From Sedimentisphaeraceae bacterium JB056 (GTDB lineage Bacteria; Planctomycetota; Phycisphaerae; Sedimentisphaerales; Sedimentisphaeraceae), in NCBI GenBank assembly GCA_044440125.1, contig JBITAJ010000006.1, positions 35,840-99,839 on the forward strand: a stretch of DNA of 64,000 bases. Reading direction: 5' to 3'. The notes beneath the pieces were generated by a model. That model was not told the origin of the DNA. It did not search any database and was given only the letters and a program-made list of their open reading frames with translations. Both the position numbers and the translations under genes were made by a program. Below are positions 9,753-19,521 of this stretch, in pieces. Each line of letters begins with the position of its first letter. The stretch's first letter is position 1.

Positions 9753-10850
9753 TTAATCGATTTCTCCCTGTTCCAGTCCGAGGGGTAGTATCGCCGGACG
9801 TTTGCATGTTGATGATATCTGTATTTTTTGGCCAAGCTCACTTGATTTGTCAAACGAAAGCATTACTTCCAGTACGTGCATAGCAAGCTCTCCATTTGCT
9901 CTGTGTTCTCTCTTCTTTTTAATTGCACAGGCCATATCCGCCACTCCGATGCTCCGTGAGTTTTCCGTATAGATGTGCGAGAGCGGCACTTCGACCCAGT
10001 CCTCATATCCATCTCGATAGATCCTTACCGGTCCGCCGAATGTATTGGGATCGGGTATTTGTAAACTACCTTCTGAACCGTATATTTCTATAGGATTATG
10101 ACCGTGTTTATGAACTTCGAAGCTTGCGATCACTGTTATCACGGCTCCGCATTCGAATCCAAGCATACCGCTGAAGTGTGTATTTACATTAACCGGGTAT
10201 ATCTGCGGTATTGTTTCGGGCCCGCCTTTACGTGTTTCCGAGCCTTTGCATGTTGTTGCGGTAACACTCTTAATCGGGCCAAGCAGATTTACAAGAGCGG
10301 TAATATAGTAAGGTCCTAAATCCAGCATTGGACCTGCTCCTGTGTCGTAGAAGAATGGAGCGTGAGGCCATTTTTCAGGGCCTCTTCCCAGTACTATTGC
10401 GGTTCCGGCTATTGGTTTGCCAATCCAGCCGTCATCAATCATTTTTCTTGCTGTTTGCTGGCCGCCTCCAAGGAATGTGTCTGGCGCTGAGCCTATCAGG
10501 AGTCCTTTTTCGTTGGCAAGAGAAATTGCTTTTTCCGCCTCTTCCATATCTATACCAAACGGCTTCTCGCTGTAAACGTGTTTGCCGGCGTTGAGAATAT
10601 CGAGCGTAACTGGAAGATGCGCTTTAGGGGGCGTAAGATTAAGTACTATTTGTATGTCTTCTTTTTCCAGCAACTCTTTTGCGGTCATATAGTCCACGTT
10701 ATAGGTTTCACCTTTTTTCTGAGCGATATGCGGATCCTTGTCTGCGCAGGCGATGACTTCGATCATATCAAAAGTTTGCGATGCTTTGAAATATATATCG
10801 CTTATCATTCCGCATCCGATAATTCCAACCTTTATTTTTTCTGTTTTCAT
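9753..10850 (-). CDS. Gfo/Idh/MocA family oxidoreductase
   Basis: IGCGMIS, NLTPPKAH, HVYSEKP, APDTFLG, DLGPYY. Confidence 0.9.
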   Translation of the reverse strand: MKTEKIKVGIIGCGMISDIYFKASQTFDMIEVIACADKDPHIAQKKGETYNVDYMTAKELLEKEDIQIVLNLTPPKAHLPVTLDILNAGKHVYSEKPFGIDMEEAEKAISLANEKGLLIGSAPDTFLGGGQQTARKMIDDGWIGKPIAGTAIVLGRGPEKWPHAPFFYDTGAGPMLDLGPYYITALVNLLGPIKSVTATTCKGSETRKGGPETIPQIYPVNVNTHFSGMLGFECGAVITVIASFEVHKHGHNPIEIYGSEGSLQIPDPNTFGGPVRIYRDGYEDWVEVPLSHIYTENSRSIGVADMACAIKKKREHRANGELAMHVLEVMLSFDKSSELGQKIQISSTCKRPAILPLGLEQGEID

Positions 10851-10876
10851 TTTTAGTCCTTAAATAGAGGGATGTT

Positions 10877-11674
10877 TTATTTGTTACCCTCGGCAAATCC
10901 ATTTTCAGTCATATATTTATAGCTCATTTCGATGGCAGTGAACATGTCAATATTGCAATAGTCAAGTTCTACTACTATAGAGTCTACAGCCTGAGGCAGA
11001 TTTTTAATCAGTTGTGGTATATCAAGTTCCCCTGTTCCAAGTGCTCTCAGCTCTATCTCTCTGTCGAGCGTGCCATTGGTTACTTTGAGTTCCTTTTGTT
11101 CTTGCTTGATCAGTCCATCCTTTAGGTGAAATGCTATGATTCTATCTGCAAACAGGTCCATCATTTCAACAGGATCTTCGTTTCCAAAGTTTGTTGACCA
11201 GAACGAATCCATCTGGAATTTGACTTTAGGGCATAATTCCGCATATATTTCATATTTGAGCTTGCCGTCTATACGTTCAAATTCAAAATTGTGATTGTGT
11301 TGGAAAAGTATAAGACCATTTTTTTCGAGTTCTTCCTGCATTTTGTTAGTCATTTCGGCTGTTTTTTTGATAGCGTCCATGTCTTGAAATTCAGCAGGGC
11401 CGTAGCCGCATACTACTTTGTCAAGCCCGAGTATTCCGGCTGTTTCAATTACTTCAGGTATATTGTCTTCTCTTGCCCATGGAGAATGGGATGAATACAT
11501 TTCAAGTCCCAGATCATTGATTGTTTTCTTGAATTCCTGTGGCGAGAGATTCCAGAATCCTGCCGGTTCGACAGCCTTGTATCCTATTTGGGCAACTCTC
11601 TTAAGTACGCCTATGAAATCTTTTTCGGCCTCATCCCTTAAAGAATACAGTTGGACAGCAATTGGTAATGCCAT
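10877..11674 (-). CDS. Sugar phosphate isomerase/epimerase (xylose isomerase-like TIM barrel)
   Basis: QLYSLR, HNHNFEF, MDSFW, HLKD, VVELD metal-binding motifs. Confidence 0.88.
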   Translation of the reverse strand: MALPIAVQLYSLRDEAEKDFIGVLKRVAQIGYKAVEPAGFWNLSPQEFKKTINDLGLEMYSSHSPWAREDNIPEVIETAGILGLDKVVCGYGPAEFQDMDAIKKTAEMTNKMQEELEKNGLILFQHNHNFEFERIDGKLKYEIYAELCPKVKFQMDSFWSTNFGNEDPVEMMDLFADRIIAFHLKDGLIKQEQKELKVTNGTLDREIELRALGTGELDIPQLIKNLPQAVDSIVVELDYCNIDMFTAIEMSYKYMTENGFAEGNK

Positions 11675-11826
11675 AATAATACCTCAATAATATCTGTTGA
11701 TTTTACTTAAACTACATATACAATATTAATTAATAATAGCATGCTAACTTTATTTTATTAGTATAATACAATGCTATGGAAGTTGCAATTGACTAAAACT
11801 GTCATTTATTGACCGGGTATATCAAT

Positions 11827-12636
11827 ATGTTGGAAATGATTTCACACGTTAAGAGCCTTAAGGGAGTTTATTATTATATGGCTCCTCATGATGAGCCGAT
11901 AACATCATGGCCGGTTCCTGAGGACATGGAGCTGGTAGAGGTGCTGACCGGTGGAGAGGTGTTTTTTGAGGTTGACGGAGTTGATAAAGTATTTACTAAT
12001 GGTGCTATATTCTGGCATCAGACAGGCGAGAGCACTATATGCCGCACACCCTCTGATAATCCATACCGATGTGCTGTTTTTCTGTTTTCGGTTTCAGAAC
12101 TGCGGAGGCCGGTTGACAGAGTTGGTTTCTGGGACCTTGATATTGATTTGGATAAATTTGTTGCAGACTGCTTTGAACTTTTTCATTCAAACAAAATATC
12201 TAAAGACATATTGTGTTTGTATATCTACAGCAATCTTTTGCGGCACACAACTGTGTCCAATGACCTTTCTAAATATCATGATTACCCGCTTGTGCTTGAG
12301 AAGATGATTCATTTCATACAGAATAATTATGGACATAAAATTTCTGTGCCAGATATTGCAAATGCCGGCGGCATTAGTGAGCCGCATGTCTTTAAGGTGT
12401 TTCAAAAACATCTTGCGATTACACCTTACCAATACATACTTTCTTTGCAGTTATCACGAGCGAGGACTATGCTTGCCGGAAGCTCCCTCCCTATAAAAGC
12501 TATTGCCGTTGAGTGCGGATTTGATAATATAGAGGTTTTCTATCGCCGATTTAAGGAAAATACCGGGATGCCTCCGGGAAAGTACAGAGAAAAATATCTG
12601 CCGTACGAATTTTCAGAAGACAATGCTGCTGGCTAA
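11827..12636 (+). CDS. AraC family transcriptional regulator
   Basis: C-terminal double HTH (IAVECGFDNIEVFYRRFK..TGMPPGKYR); ATG at 11827 preferred to TTG at 11809. Confidence 0.9.
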   Translation: MLEMISHVKSLKGVYYYMAPHDEPITSWPVPEDMELVEVLTGGEVFFEVDGVDKVFTNGAIFWHQTGESTICRTPSDNPYRCAVFLFSVSELRRPVDRVGFWDLDIDLDKFVADCFELFHSNKISKDILCLYIYSNLLRHTTVSNDLSKYHDYPLVLEKMIHFIQNNYGHKISVPDIANAGGISEPHVFKVFQKHLAITPYQYILSLQLSRARTMLAGSSLPIKAIAVECGFDNIEVFYRRFKENTGMPPGKYREKYLPYEFSEDNAAG

Positions 12637-14060
12637 CACAGCGGCTCTTCCGGACAGCTTTGGCATAACCCAAGTTCATCGATTTTGCTGTTTTGTGACA
12701 ATTTTTTTGCCGCATCTCTCAGAGCGGTTCGCAATGCTTCGGTTATTGTTGGGTGATAGTATGGCATCTTGAGCATATCGGAGATTGTAAGTTTGTTTTG
12801 GATTGCCATTGCCAGTTGATGTATCATATGCTCACCGTCAGGGCATACAAGGTCTGCTCCAAGCAAAACCGCGGTATTCTTATCGGCGTATATGTGCATC
12901 AGTCCGCTGTTCCGCATTTCAAGCTCTGCTCGTGCCTGATCGGCAAAGTTAACCTCGCCTATTACAAATTCCTTGTCTTGTTCGGTGAGCTGTTTGTATG
13001 TGAACCCTGCGGAGGCAATTTCAGGATCACTGAATACTATTTTGAGCGGGCTTCTGCGGCAGAATTTTTCAGTTGATTCAGCACATGCGTTATAGCCGGC
13101 GATGAGACCTTCATCCAAGGCCTCATGCAGGATAGGGCGGCATCCATTGGCGTCTCCGGTGATAAATACCGGAAGGTTTTCTATCTGCATTGTTCGCCTG
13201 TCGTAAGAGGGCAATCCTCTTTCGTCAAGATTGATGTTCAGGTTTTCCAGTCCTATATCCGTTATATTCGGTTCCACGCCTATTGACAGAATTACCGCAT
13301 CAACCTCGACTTCTGTATCAGGATGGGATACGCGTATTTTTCCGCCGGCATCGCTAAGCTCAAGCGGGCTGTTGCGATATATCGGGAACTCTTTGCCGAT
13401 TATATCGATTGCGGCTTTGTTTACATATGGATTATCCATTGCCGCTATCCTATGGCCGGAAGTGAATCCTGTAATGTTTATGCCAAGCCTGCTGAGTGAC
13501 TGACCGATTTCAAGTCCAACGGGGCCAAGCCCAATTGCGGCTATATCCTGAGGTATGTCCTCAAGCTCAAATATATCGTCGGTGGTTAGTATCCTCTTGC
13601 CGAATTTCTGCCATTGCTGAGGTATCCTTGGTTTGGCTCCTGTAGCGATTATTATTTTTTCAGTTTCTATAAGCTGATCGCCTGCCTGTACTGTGTTTTG
13701 CGATATAATCTTTGCTTGCGATGTTATGAGCTTGTCTGCCGCAAGTTCTTTTGTGACCTTGGCCATTGAACCGGCGAAATGATCTCTGAGACTGCGAACA
13801 TGTTTGAGAACTTGAGGTATATCGACGCTTAAGTTTTCACTGCCGTTTATGCCTTTTGTTTTGAAGTTTTCTCGTTTATGGTAATCATTGGCCGCTGATA
13901 TCAGAGCCTTTGAAGGCATGCAGCCTACACGTGCGCATTTTGTACCAAGAGGGCCGTTGTCTATGATGACGTAATCGTCAGTTATTCTGCGTACTTCCCG
14001 TAAAGCGGAGATGCCCGCACTTCCGGCTCCTATAATAACTACTTTAACTTTTGCTCCCAT
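12633..14060 (-). CDS. Dihydrolipoamide dehydrogenase-like pyridine nucleotide-disulfide oxidoreductase
   Basis: GAGSAG, redox CARVGCMPSK, IATGA, GLGPVG, HPTITE. Confidence 0.88.
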   Translation of the reverse strand: MGAKVKVVIIGAGSAGISALREVRRITDDYVIIDNGPLGTKCARVGCMPSKALISAANDYHKRENFKTKGINGSENLSVDIPQVLKHVRSLRDHFAGSMAKVTKELAADKLITSQAKIISQNTVQAGDQLIETEKIIIATGAKPRIPQQWQKFGKRILTTDDIFELEDIPQDIAAIGLGPVGLEIGQSLSRLGINITGFTSGHRIAAMDNPYVNKAAIDIIGKEFPIYRNSPLELSDAGGKIRVSHPDTEVEVDAVILSIGVEPNITDIGLENLNINLDERGLPSYDRRTMQIENLPVFITGDANGCRPILHEALDEGLIAGYNACAESTEKFCRRSPLKIVFSDPEIASAGFTYKQLTEQDKEFVIGEVNFADQARAELEMRNSGLMHIYADKNTAVLLGADLVCPDGEHMIHQLAMAIQNKLTISDMLKMPYYHPTITEALRTALRDAAKKLSQNSKIDELGLCQSCPEEPLC

Positions 14061-14089
14061 TGTATTTCTCCTGCTCGCAAGTCTTTATA

Positions 14090-15181
14090 TCAGTTATTTA
14101 TTTCTATGGTTTCAAGCTCAGGGCTTTTCCTTGATCTTGTCAGAAGTTTGTATCCTGTTTCTGTTACAAGTACATCATCCTCTATTCTGATTCCAAGTTT
14201 GCCGGGGATATATACGCCCGGTTCTATGGTTATCACCTGTCCGGCTTCAAGGAGTGTCTCGTTCAATTTGTATATGGTTGGCGGCTCGTGTATGTACAAA
14301 CCGAATCCATGTCCTGTGCCGTGTCCGAAATCAGGCAGACCGGCATCATCTATAACCTCTCTTGCCGATATATCTACATCGCTCATCTTTGCCCCGGCTT
14401 TAACCGCCTTTATAGCGGCAGCCTGTGCTTCAAGCACGCAATTGTAGGCTTCAATGTAGTCTTTTGATGGTTTGCCGACAGTGAAGCATCTGGTTATGTC
14501 ACAGCAATAGCCTTTGTATTTTACTCCGTAGTCGATTAATATTGTGTCATTCTTGCGGAGTTTCCCTTTGCCTGGAATATGGTGGGGGCGTGAGCCATTG
14601 GCTCCGAAAGCCACTATCGTTTCGAATGCTGGGACTACAGCCCGCTTCCGCATCTCAAACTCAATTAGCCCTGCAAATTCACTCTCGCTTATACCTGCTC
14701 TTATTTGTGCAAACGCATCTTTGAGGACTTTTTTTGCGATCGAGGCAGCTTTTTTTATACATGCGATTTCGTAATCATCTTTGTACTGACGAAGATTGCC
14801 TATGATATTTGTCACGGGTTCAAATTTGACTTTCAGCTCTTCATCCAGTGTGTTGTAGAGAGCTACTTTCAGGCTGCCTTCGGTTGCGATTTTTTTTATG
14901 GATTTGTTTTTCGCCGCTATTTTGGCTATTTCCTTATCCATTGCACCGCTTCGGTTGATTATCGTGCAGTCGCATTCGATTTGTGCCTGCTCAATATAAC
15001 GGCTGTCGGTTATGAGCCATACCTTTCGATTGTTGAGAAGCACCCAACTGTCATCGCCTGAAAACCCGGTAGTATATGTTACATTCTCTTTAGATGTGAG
15101 CAGTACCGCATCAAATCCTTCGGCTTTTATCTTTTTCCTTATATTGCGAACACGCTCTTTAATCGCCTCTTTAATAGTCAT
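14090..15181 (-). CDS. Xaa-Pro aminopeptidase (M24 family)
   Basis: TDSRY, D.G....Y.CDITR, HGTGHGFGL.IHEPP, TIEPGVY, RIEDD. Confidence 0.93.
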   Translation of the reverse strand: MTIKEAIKERVRNIRKKIKAEGFDAVLLTSKENVTYTTGFSGDDSWVLLNNRKVWLITDSRYIEQAQIECDCTIINRSGAMDKEIAKIAAKNKSIKKIATEGSLKVALYNTLDEELKVKFEPVTNIIGNLRQYKDDYEIACIKKAASIAKKVLKDAFAQIRAGISESEFAGLIEFEMRKRAVVPAFETIVAFGANGSRPHHIPGKGKLRKNDTILIDYGVKYKGYCCDITRCFTVGKPSKDYIEAYNCVLEAQAAAIKAVKAGAKMSDVDISAREVIDDAGLPDFGHGTGHGFGLYIHEPPTIYKLNETLLEAGQVITIEPGVYIPGKLGIRIEDDVLVTETGYKLLTRSRKSPELETIEINN

Positions 15182-15285
15182 ACTGAATTTCCCAACCTGA
15201 TTAAAATTACATCAAAACTATGAAATCAATTTTTACATTATAAGTTCAATTTGTCAAGCGAATATCAATATATAATTATGAGCAT

Positions 15286-15322
15286 AAAAAAAGCACCGGT
15301 GGGATATTCCCATCGGTGCTTT
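15286..15322 (-). terminator. Intrinsic terminator downstream of tsf
   Basis: AAAGCACCGGTGGGA/TCCCATCGGTGCTTT stem with an A run on + (U tract on -). Confidence 0.8.
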
Positions 15323-15345
15323 GATATTTTATATACTCGAAAGTA

Positions 15346-16194
15346 TTAGGCAATTTCAATTCTTGCGAATTTCTTTACCGTAGCTGTGCCGCCGGCAGCC
15401 TTTGCAGCTGCAGCAACTGCCTGCTCAACAGTCATATCTTCATTCTTAACGAACTTCTGATTAACGAGACAGTTGTCAGCGAGGAACTTGTTCATCTTGC
15501 CTTCAACGATCTTGTCGATGATGTTTGCAGGTTTATCTTTAACCTGGTCAGCAGCAATAGCTCTTTCCTTTTCGAGGATTTCTGCATCAAAGCTGTCTTT
15601 GTTGAGAGCAAGAGGCTTTGTAGCACTGATGTGCATACAAACATCGCTTGCAATAGCCTTAATATCGTCGCTTGCCGCAACAGAAGCATCACTTGCTTCG
15701 ATTTCAACGATAGCACCGATCTTGTTGTTGAAGTGGATGTATGTGCCTACACATGTATTGTCAGCGGCTTCATACTTAACGCAATCGCCTATTTCTGTCT
15801 TCTCACCAGTCTTGCTGACAAGGTCGGTGATGATTTCAGAAAATTTCTTGCCGTTAACGTCTGTGCTTGCCAGGTCGTCACAACCATTTGCCATTGCAGC
15901 GTCAGCCAGCATATCAGCTGTAGCAACAAAGTCATCATTCTTCGCAACGAAGTCTGTTTCGCAGCAAAGAGAAACCATTACAGTTGCATTTCCTTCTGTC
16001 TTGACAACAATCTTACCTTCAGAAGTGTCTCTTCCGGCACGTTTTTCCATTGTCGCGAGACCTTTTTTACGAAGCATAGTCATTGCTTCGTCTACATTTC
16101 CATTTGTTTCCGTCAAGGCCTTCTTGCAATCCATCATGCCCTGACCGCTCATCTTACGCAGCTTCATTACCGCTGCAGCAGTTATCTCAGCCAT
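15346..16194 (-). CDS. tsf: Translation elongation factor Ts
   Basis: LRKMSGQGMMDCKKAL, ETDFVAKN, KIVEGK; follows rpsB. Confidence 0.97.
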   Translation of the reverse strand: MAEITAAAVMKLRKMSGQGMMDCKKALTETNGNVDEAMTMLRKKGLATMEKRAGRDTSEGKIVVKTEGNATVMVSLCCETDFVAKNDDFVATADMLADAAMANGCDDLASTDVNGKKFSEIITDLVSKTGEKTEIGDCVKYEAADNTCVGTYIHFNNKIGAIVEIEASDASVAASDDIKAIASDVCMHISATKPLALNKDSFDAEILEKERAIAADQVKDKPANIIDKIVEGKMNKFLADNCLVNQKFVKNEDMTVEQAVAAAAKAAGGTATVKKFARIEIA

Positions 16195-16239
16195 AGTTAA
16201 GCTCCCTTAACCAAGTGATTATTAATGTATGATTTTGAT

Positions 16240-16279
16240 AAAACATAAACCTGTAGCCCCGATGTTTCAAGGCTACAGG
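16240..16279 (-). terminator. rpsB-tsf intergenic terminator/attenuator hairpin
   Basis: CCTGTAGCC/GGCTACAGG stem followed on - by TTTATGTTTT. Confidence 0.65.
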
Positions 16280-16334
16280 ATCTTTTCGCTATTTTACGCC
16301 ACAGGCTTTAAGCCGTCGGGGCCCGTAGCGATAA

Positions 16335-17213
16335 TTACGCCTCGGCAGGTTTGTCTGCACTTTCAGGAGCCGCTTCAGCGCTAACTTCAGCTTCTACCTT
16401 TGGTGCTTCTTCTTCTGTTGCTGGCGCTTCTGTGTTTTCTGCTTCGGCAGATTCTTCCGCATCAGCTCTGCGAACACGTCGCTTGCTTCTGCCGCGAAGA
16501 TCACCTTCAGTTGCTGTTGCCTGAATCCTTGCCATTGTCTTACCTTCGGCTACTGCCGCGGCAAGCTCATTAAGGATCAATTCGATACCCTTTGTTGAGT
16601 CATCATTGGCTGGGATGGCAATATCAACCATATCAGGATTTGAGTCGGTATCGATGATGCCGATTGTAGGAATGCCAAGCTTCTTGGCTTCAGCAAGAGC
16701 GTTCTTCTCTTTCTTAACGTCAACGATAACCATTGCACCAGGCATACGGTTAAGGTTTCTCAAACCGTCAAGGTTGACCTTGATCTTGTTGAGTTCACGT
16801 TTGAGTTGAGATGCTCTCTTCTTGCTTTCAGAGGCGATAGAGCCGTCCTGTTCCATCTTCTCGAGCTCTTCCATACGCTGTACACGTGAACGGATAGTTC
16901 TGAAGTTGGTCAGTGCGCCACCGAGCCATCTGTTGTCAATGAAGTGCATGCCTGTTTCTTTGGCAGCAGCGATTACGGCCTTTTTAGCCTGACGCTTGGT
17001 ACCAACGAAAACAACATCTTTACCCGAAGAAACCACCGTGGTAAGAAGCTTTTTACTGATAAGCAGCCCCTTGAGTGTTTCCTTCACATTAATAATGTGG
17101 ATCATCCCGCGTTTCGAGAAGATGTACGGTGCCATCTTCGGATTCCAACGGGAAGTTCCGTGACCGAAGTGTACGCCGGCCTCGATGAGTTGGCGTGCCA
17201 GTTCTTTACTCAC
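16335..17213 (-). CDS. rpsB: 30S ribosomal protein S2
   Basis: AGVHFGH..SRWNPKM, VGTK, RWLGG.LTN, DTDSNPD, PANDD; acidic C-terminal tail. Confidence 0.97.
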   Translation of the reverse strand: MSKELARQLIEAGVHFGHGTSRWNPKMAPYIFSKRGMIHIINVKETLKGLLISKKLLTTVVSSGKDVVFVGTKRQAKKAVIAAAKETGMHFIDNRWLGGALTNFRTIRSRVQRMEELEKMEQDGSIASESKKRASQLKRELNKIKVNLDGLRNLNRMPGAMVIVDVKKEKNALAEAKKLGIPTIGIIDTDSNPDMVDIAIPANDDSTKGIELILNELAAAVAEGKTMARIQATATEGDLRGRSKRRVRRADAEESAEAENTEAPATEEEAPKVEAEVSAEAAPESADKPAEA

Positions 17214-17422
17214 GAAAAATCTCCTAAAATAAATAAACTAATAACTATCTTCCTGTCTACGCCGACAGAAAAGACTACTAAGAATAGTGAAAATGACGCC
17301 AAAGTCAAGTTTTTTAAAGAATTGACGCTGATTTTAACGAGATTTTAAGCCTGCATCGTTAATTAGTGATAGATAAAACAATATATGTAGATAAAGAAGA
17401 TTCTTAATGTCTGTAAAATGTG

Positions 17423-18853
17423 CTATTTGCATTTATCTTTGTCAAATTTGATATTCAGCAATTGGCAAGGTTTAATGTTTTCAAGTTTTTGTATAAGCTC
17501 TTTGCCCCAGAATATTTCTAATTCTACAGGTGCGGTGTTTGAGCCGAGGCCGAAGTGGAGTGTCATATCGTTTTGATTGCCCTGACCGGTTCCGGCTTCA
17601 ACTTGCCTTGAAAGGGTTTTGTCACCAAGTTTGATTCGCGCCTGAGCGCCTATGGCATCGGTGTTTATGACCTTTCCATCGCCGCGGAGCTTGATTTTTA
17701 GCCAGTTATTGCTGTTTTTTCCGTTAACAAACAGTTTGCCGTTGGCAAGAAGATCAATATGCCCATCATTGTTGATGTCTGCCCAGCATGCCTGATATGT
17801 TGAACGAAGACCGTTTAGTCCGGTCTCTTTCGTTACGTTAGTGAATTTCCAGTTGCCGTCATTGCGGTAGAGAACGGGCTCGTTTTTCTTTCCGAAAGAT
17901 GCAGTATCGTAAACTGTTGTGAAGAAAAGGTCTACATCACCATCGTTATCAAAGTCGGCTGCTGCCGGTGAGGCATATGATTCCTGATAGTGAAGGCCGC
18001 ATTGGCCCATATCGTCAAAAGCATAGCTGTCTTTTTCGCCTTTATTGCGAAGGAATACTGATTGCGGCTGGTCACCTCTTGAGTCGCGGTGTGCAAAATT
18101 ACCGGCAAAGATATCGAAATTGCCGTTATTATCAAAATCGGCCCAGCATGCACCTATAGAATGCCCGCCTCTGAATCCTTTCTTTGTGGCAACAGCATTT
18201 TTGAGCTTAGTGATGTCTGTAAGTTTGCCGCCGGCTTCGCTTTGCCATAAGATATTGGGCATTAGACGGTAGTTTGAAACGTATATTTCGGTATAGCCGT
18301 CATTATTGAAGTCGCAGCCGGTTACGCCTCTGGCTCTGTAGCGTTTGTCATCAAAGGTTTTGCGGAAGGTTTTGCCGCCGATATTTATCAGCATTGCATC
18401 GGGGAAGGTTAAGTTCTTTTTCCAGTCCTCGTAGCCTCCGATATAGATGTCGACAAATTCATCACCGTTGAAATTTCCAAAACATGCACCGAGGGAAGTT
18501 CGGATAGGCAGCTTAGGGAATGGCAGGGGAGTAACTTTCTTGCCGCCTTCATTTTTGAACATTTTGCGATTGCTGAAGCTCAGCGCATCGGGAAAGCCAT
18601 CGTTATTAATATCGGCAAAGATACATTTGCCGCCTATTTTAATCGATTTTGAAAACTTCTGCCCCTCTTCATTACGCCAGATAAACGGCGGATTATAAAG
18701 ATCAACCCAGCCGTCGTTATCAAAATCAATGAAAGCAGATTCTGTATTGTTGAGTTTCAGGCCAAGCTCAGAAGTCTGGTTAGTAAATTTTGCATGAGCA
18801 ATGATGCTTGAAGAAAAAAAACTAACGAATATTAATAACAGTTTGTGTCGCAT
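17423..18853 (-). CDS. Secreted FG-GAP/VCBS-repeat protein with ASPIC/UnbV domain (CRTAC1 family)
   Basis: Signal peptide; multiple DFDNDG.VD repeats; C-terminal NNWLKIKL.G...AIGA...LHFGLG. Confidence 0.88.
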   Translation of the reverse strand: MRHKLLLIFVSFFSSSIIAHAKFTNQTSELGLKLNNTESAFIDFDNDGWVDLYNPPFIWRNEEGQKFSKSIKIGGKCIFADINNDGFPDALSFSNRKMFKNEGGKKVTPLPFPKLPIRTSLGACFGNFNGDEFVDIYIGGYEDWKKNLTFPDAMLINIGGKTFRKTFDDKRYRARGVTGCDFNNDGYTEIYVSNYRLMPNILWQSEAGGKLTDITKLKNAVATKKGFRGGHSIGACWADFDNNGNFDIFAGNFAHRDSRGDQPQSVFLRNKGEKDSYAFDDMGQCGLHYQESYASPAAADFDNDGDVDLFFTTVYDTASFGKKNEPVLYRNDGNWKFTNVTKETGLNGLRSTYQACWADINNDGHIDLLANGKLFVNGKNSNNWLKIKLRGDGKVINTDAIGAQARIKLGDKTLSRQVEAGTGQGNQNDMTLHFGLGSNTAPVELEIFWGKELIQKLENIKPCQLLNIKFDKDKCK

Positions 18854-19413
18854 AATTTATCTATTTCCCAATTTTTGGGATTATTATAGATATAATCGCT
18901 CATATTGTCCAGTTCTCTTTGATTTCGGATTATGCGTTCCCAGAAGCTCCGCTGCCAGAGACGTTTATGAAATGGCTGCCAGTTATTATTTTTGACATTG
19001 CGGATATATTCGTTTGTCGACATCCGTTTGAACCATGAAACATATTGCCCCAATGTGCGGCTATGTAGGGGCGAAACAATGTTTTCGCCCGTTTCCTCTG
19101 ATTTATAATAAATCTTAGATTCTCCTGATTTATCCGATATTTGATTGCCGGAAGTTATTGTGATGATTCCATGTATATGATTGGGCATTATTATGTAAGG
19201 TTCAATTCCAAGTTCAAATCTTTTTCCAAGAGCCAGCCACCACCTCTGAATCATAAAACCGATTTCATTCAGTTTTATTTCGTGTCTTTCGATTTTGCCG
19301 AACAGAGAGAAATGATATTGGGAGCATATCGTGATGAAATATTTGCCGTTTTCAGAATAATCAAAATCTTTCAGGCGTACAGAACGCCTTTGAGGATATT
19401 TCTCTGATTGCAT
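18832..19413 (-). mobile_element. REP-associated tyrosine transposase (Y1 HUH, TnpA-REP/RAYT)
   Basis: RRSVRLKDFDYS...YFITIC, HUH motif MPNHIHGII, LWQRSFWERIIRN, catalytic YIYNNP; ATG 19413 preceded by AAGGGAG. Confidence 0.88.
19065..19094 (+). repeat. REP element inside the RAYT coding sequence
   Basis: GTAG-GGGCGAAA-CAATGT-TTTCGCCC-GTTT. Confidence 0.85.
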
Positions 19414-19488
19414 TTTATTTCTCCCTTTAAATCTCTCCGTCAAAGCGTGTTTTATTTGGGGTATACCCAAACATTTTTATTTTTGGAT

Positions 19489-19518
19489 AAACGGGCGAAA
19501 ACATTGTTTCGCCCATAC
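19489..19518 (-). repeat. REP element upstream of the RAYT, inverted copy of 19065-19094
   Basis: Minus strand reads GTAT-GGGCGAAACAATGTTTTCGCCCGTTT; 29/30 identical to the internal copy. Confidence 0.85.
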
Positions 19519-19521
19519 GGA

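Noticed and set aside
15473..16200. Long antisense ORFs (223 aa, 189 aa) opposite tsf, and similar shadow ORFs elsewhere (49476-50156, 55841-56587)
   Set aside because: They overlap well-identified genes on the opposite strand and have no recognisable motifs.
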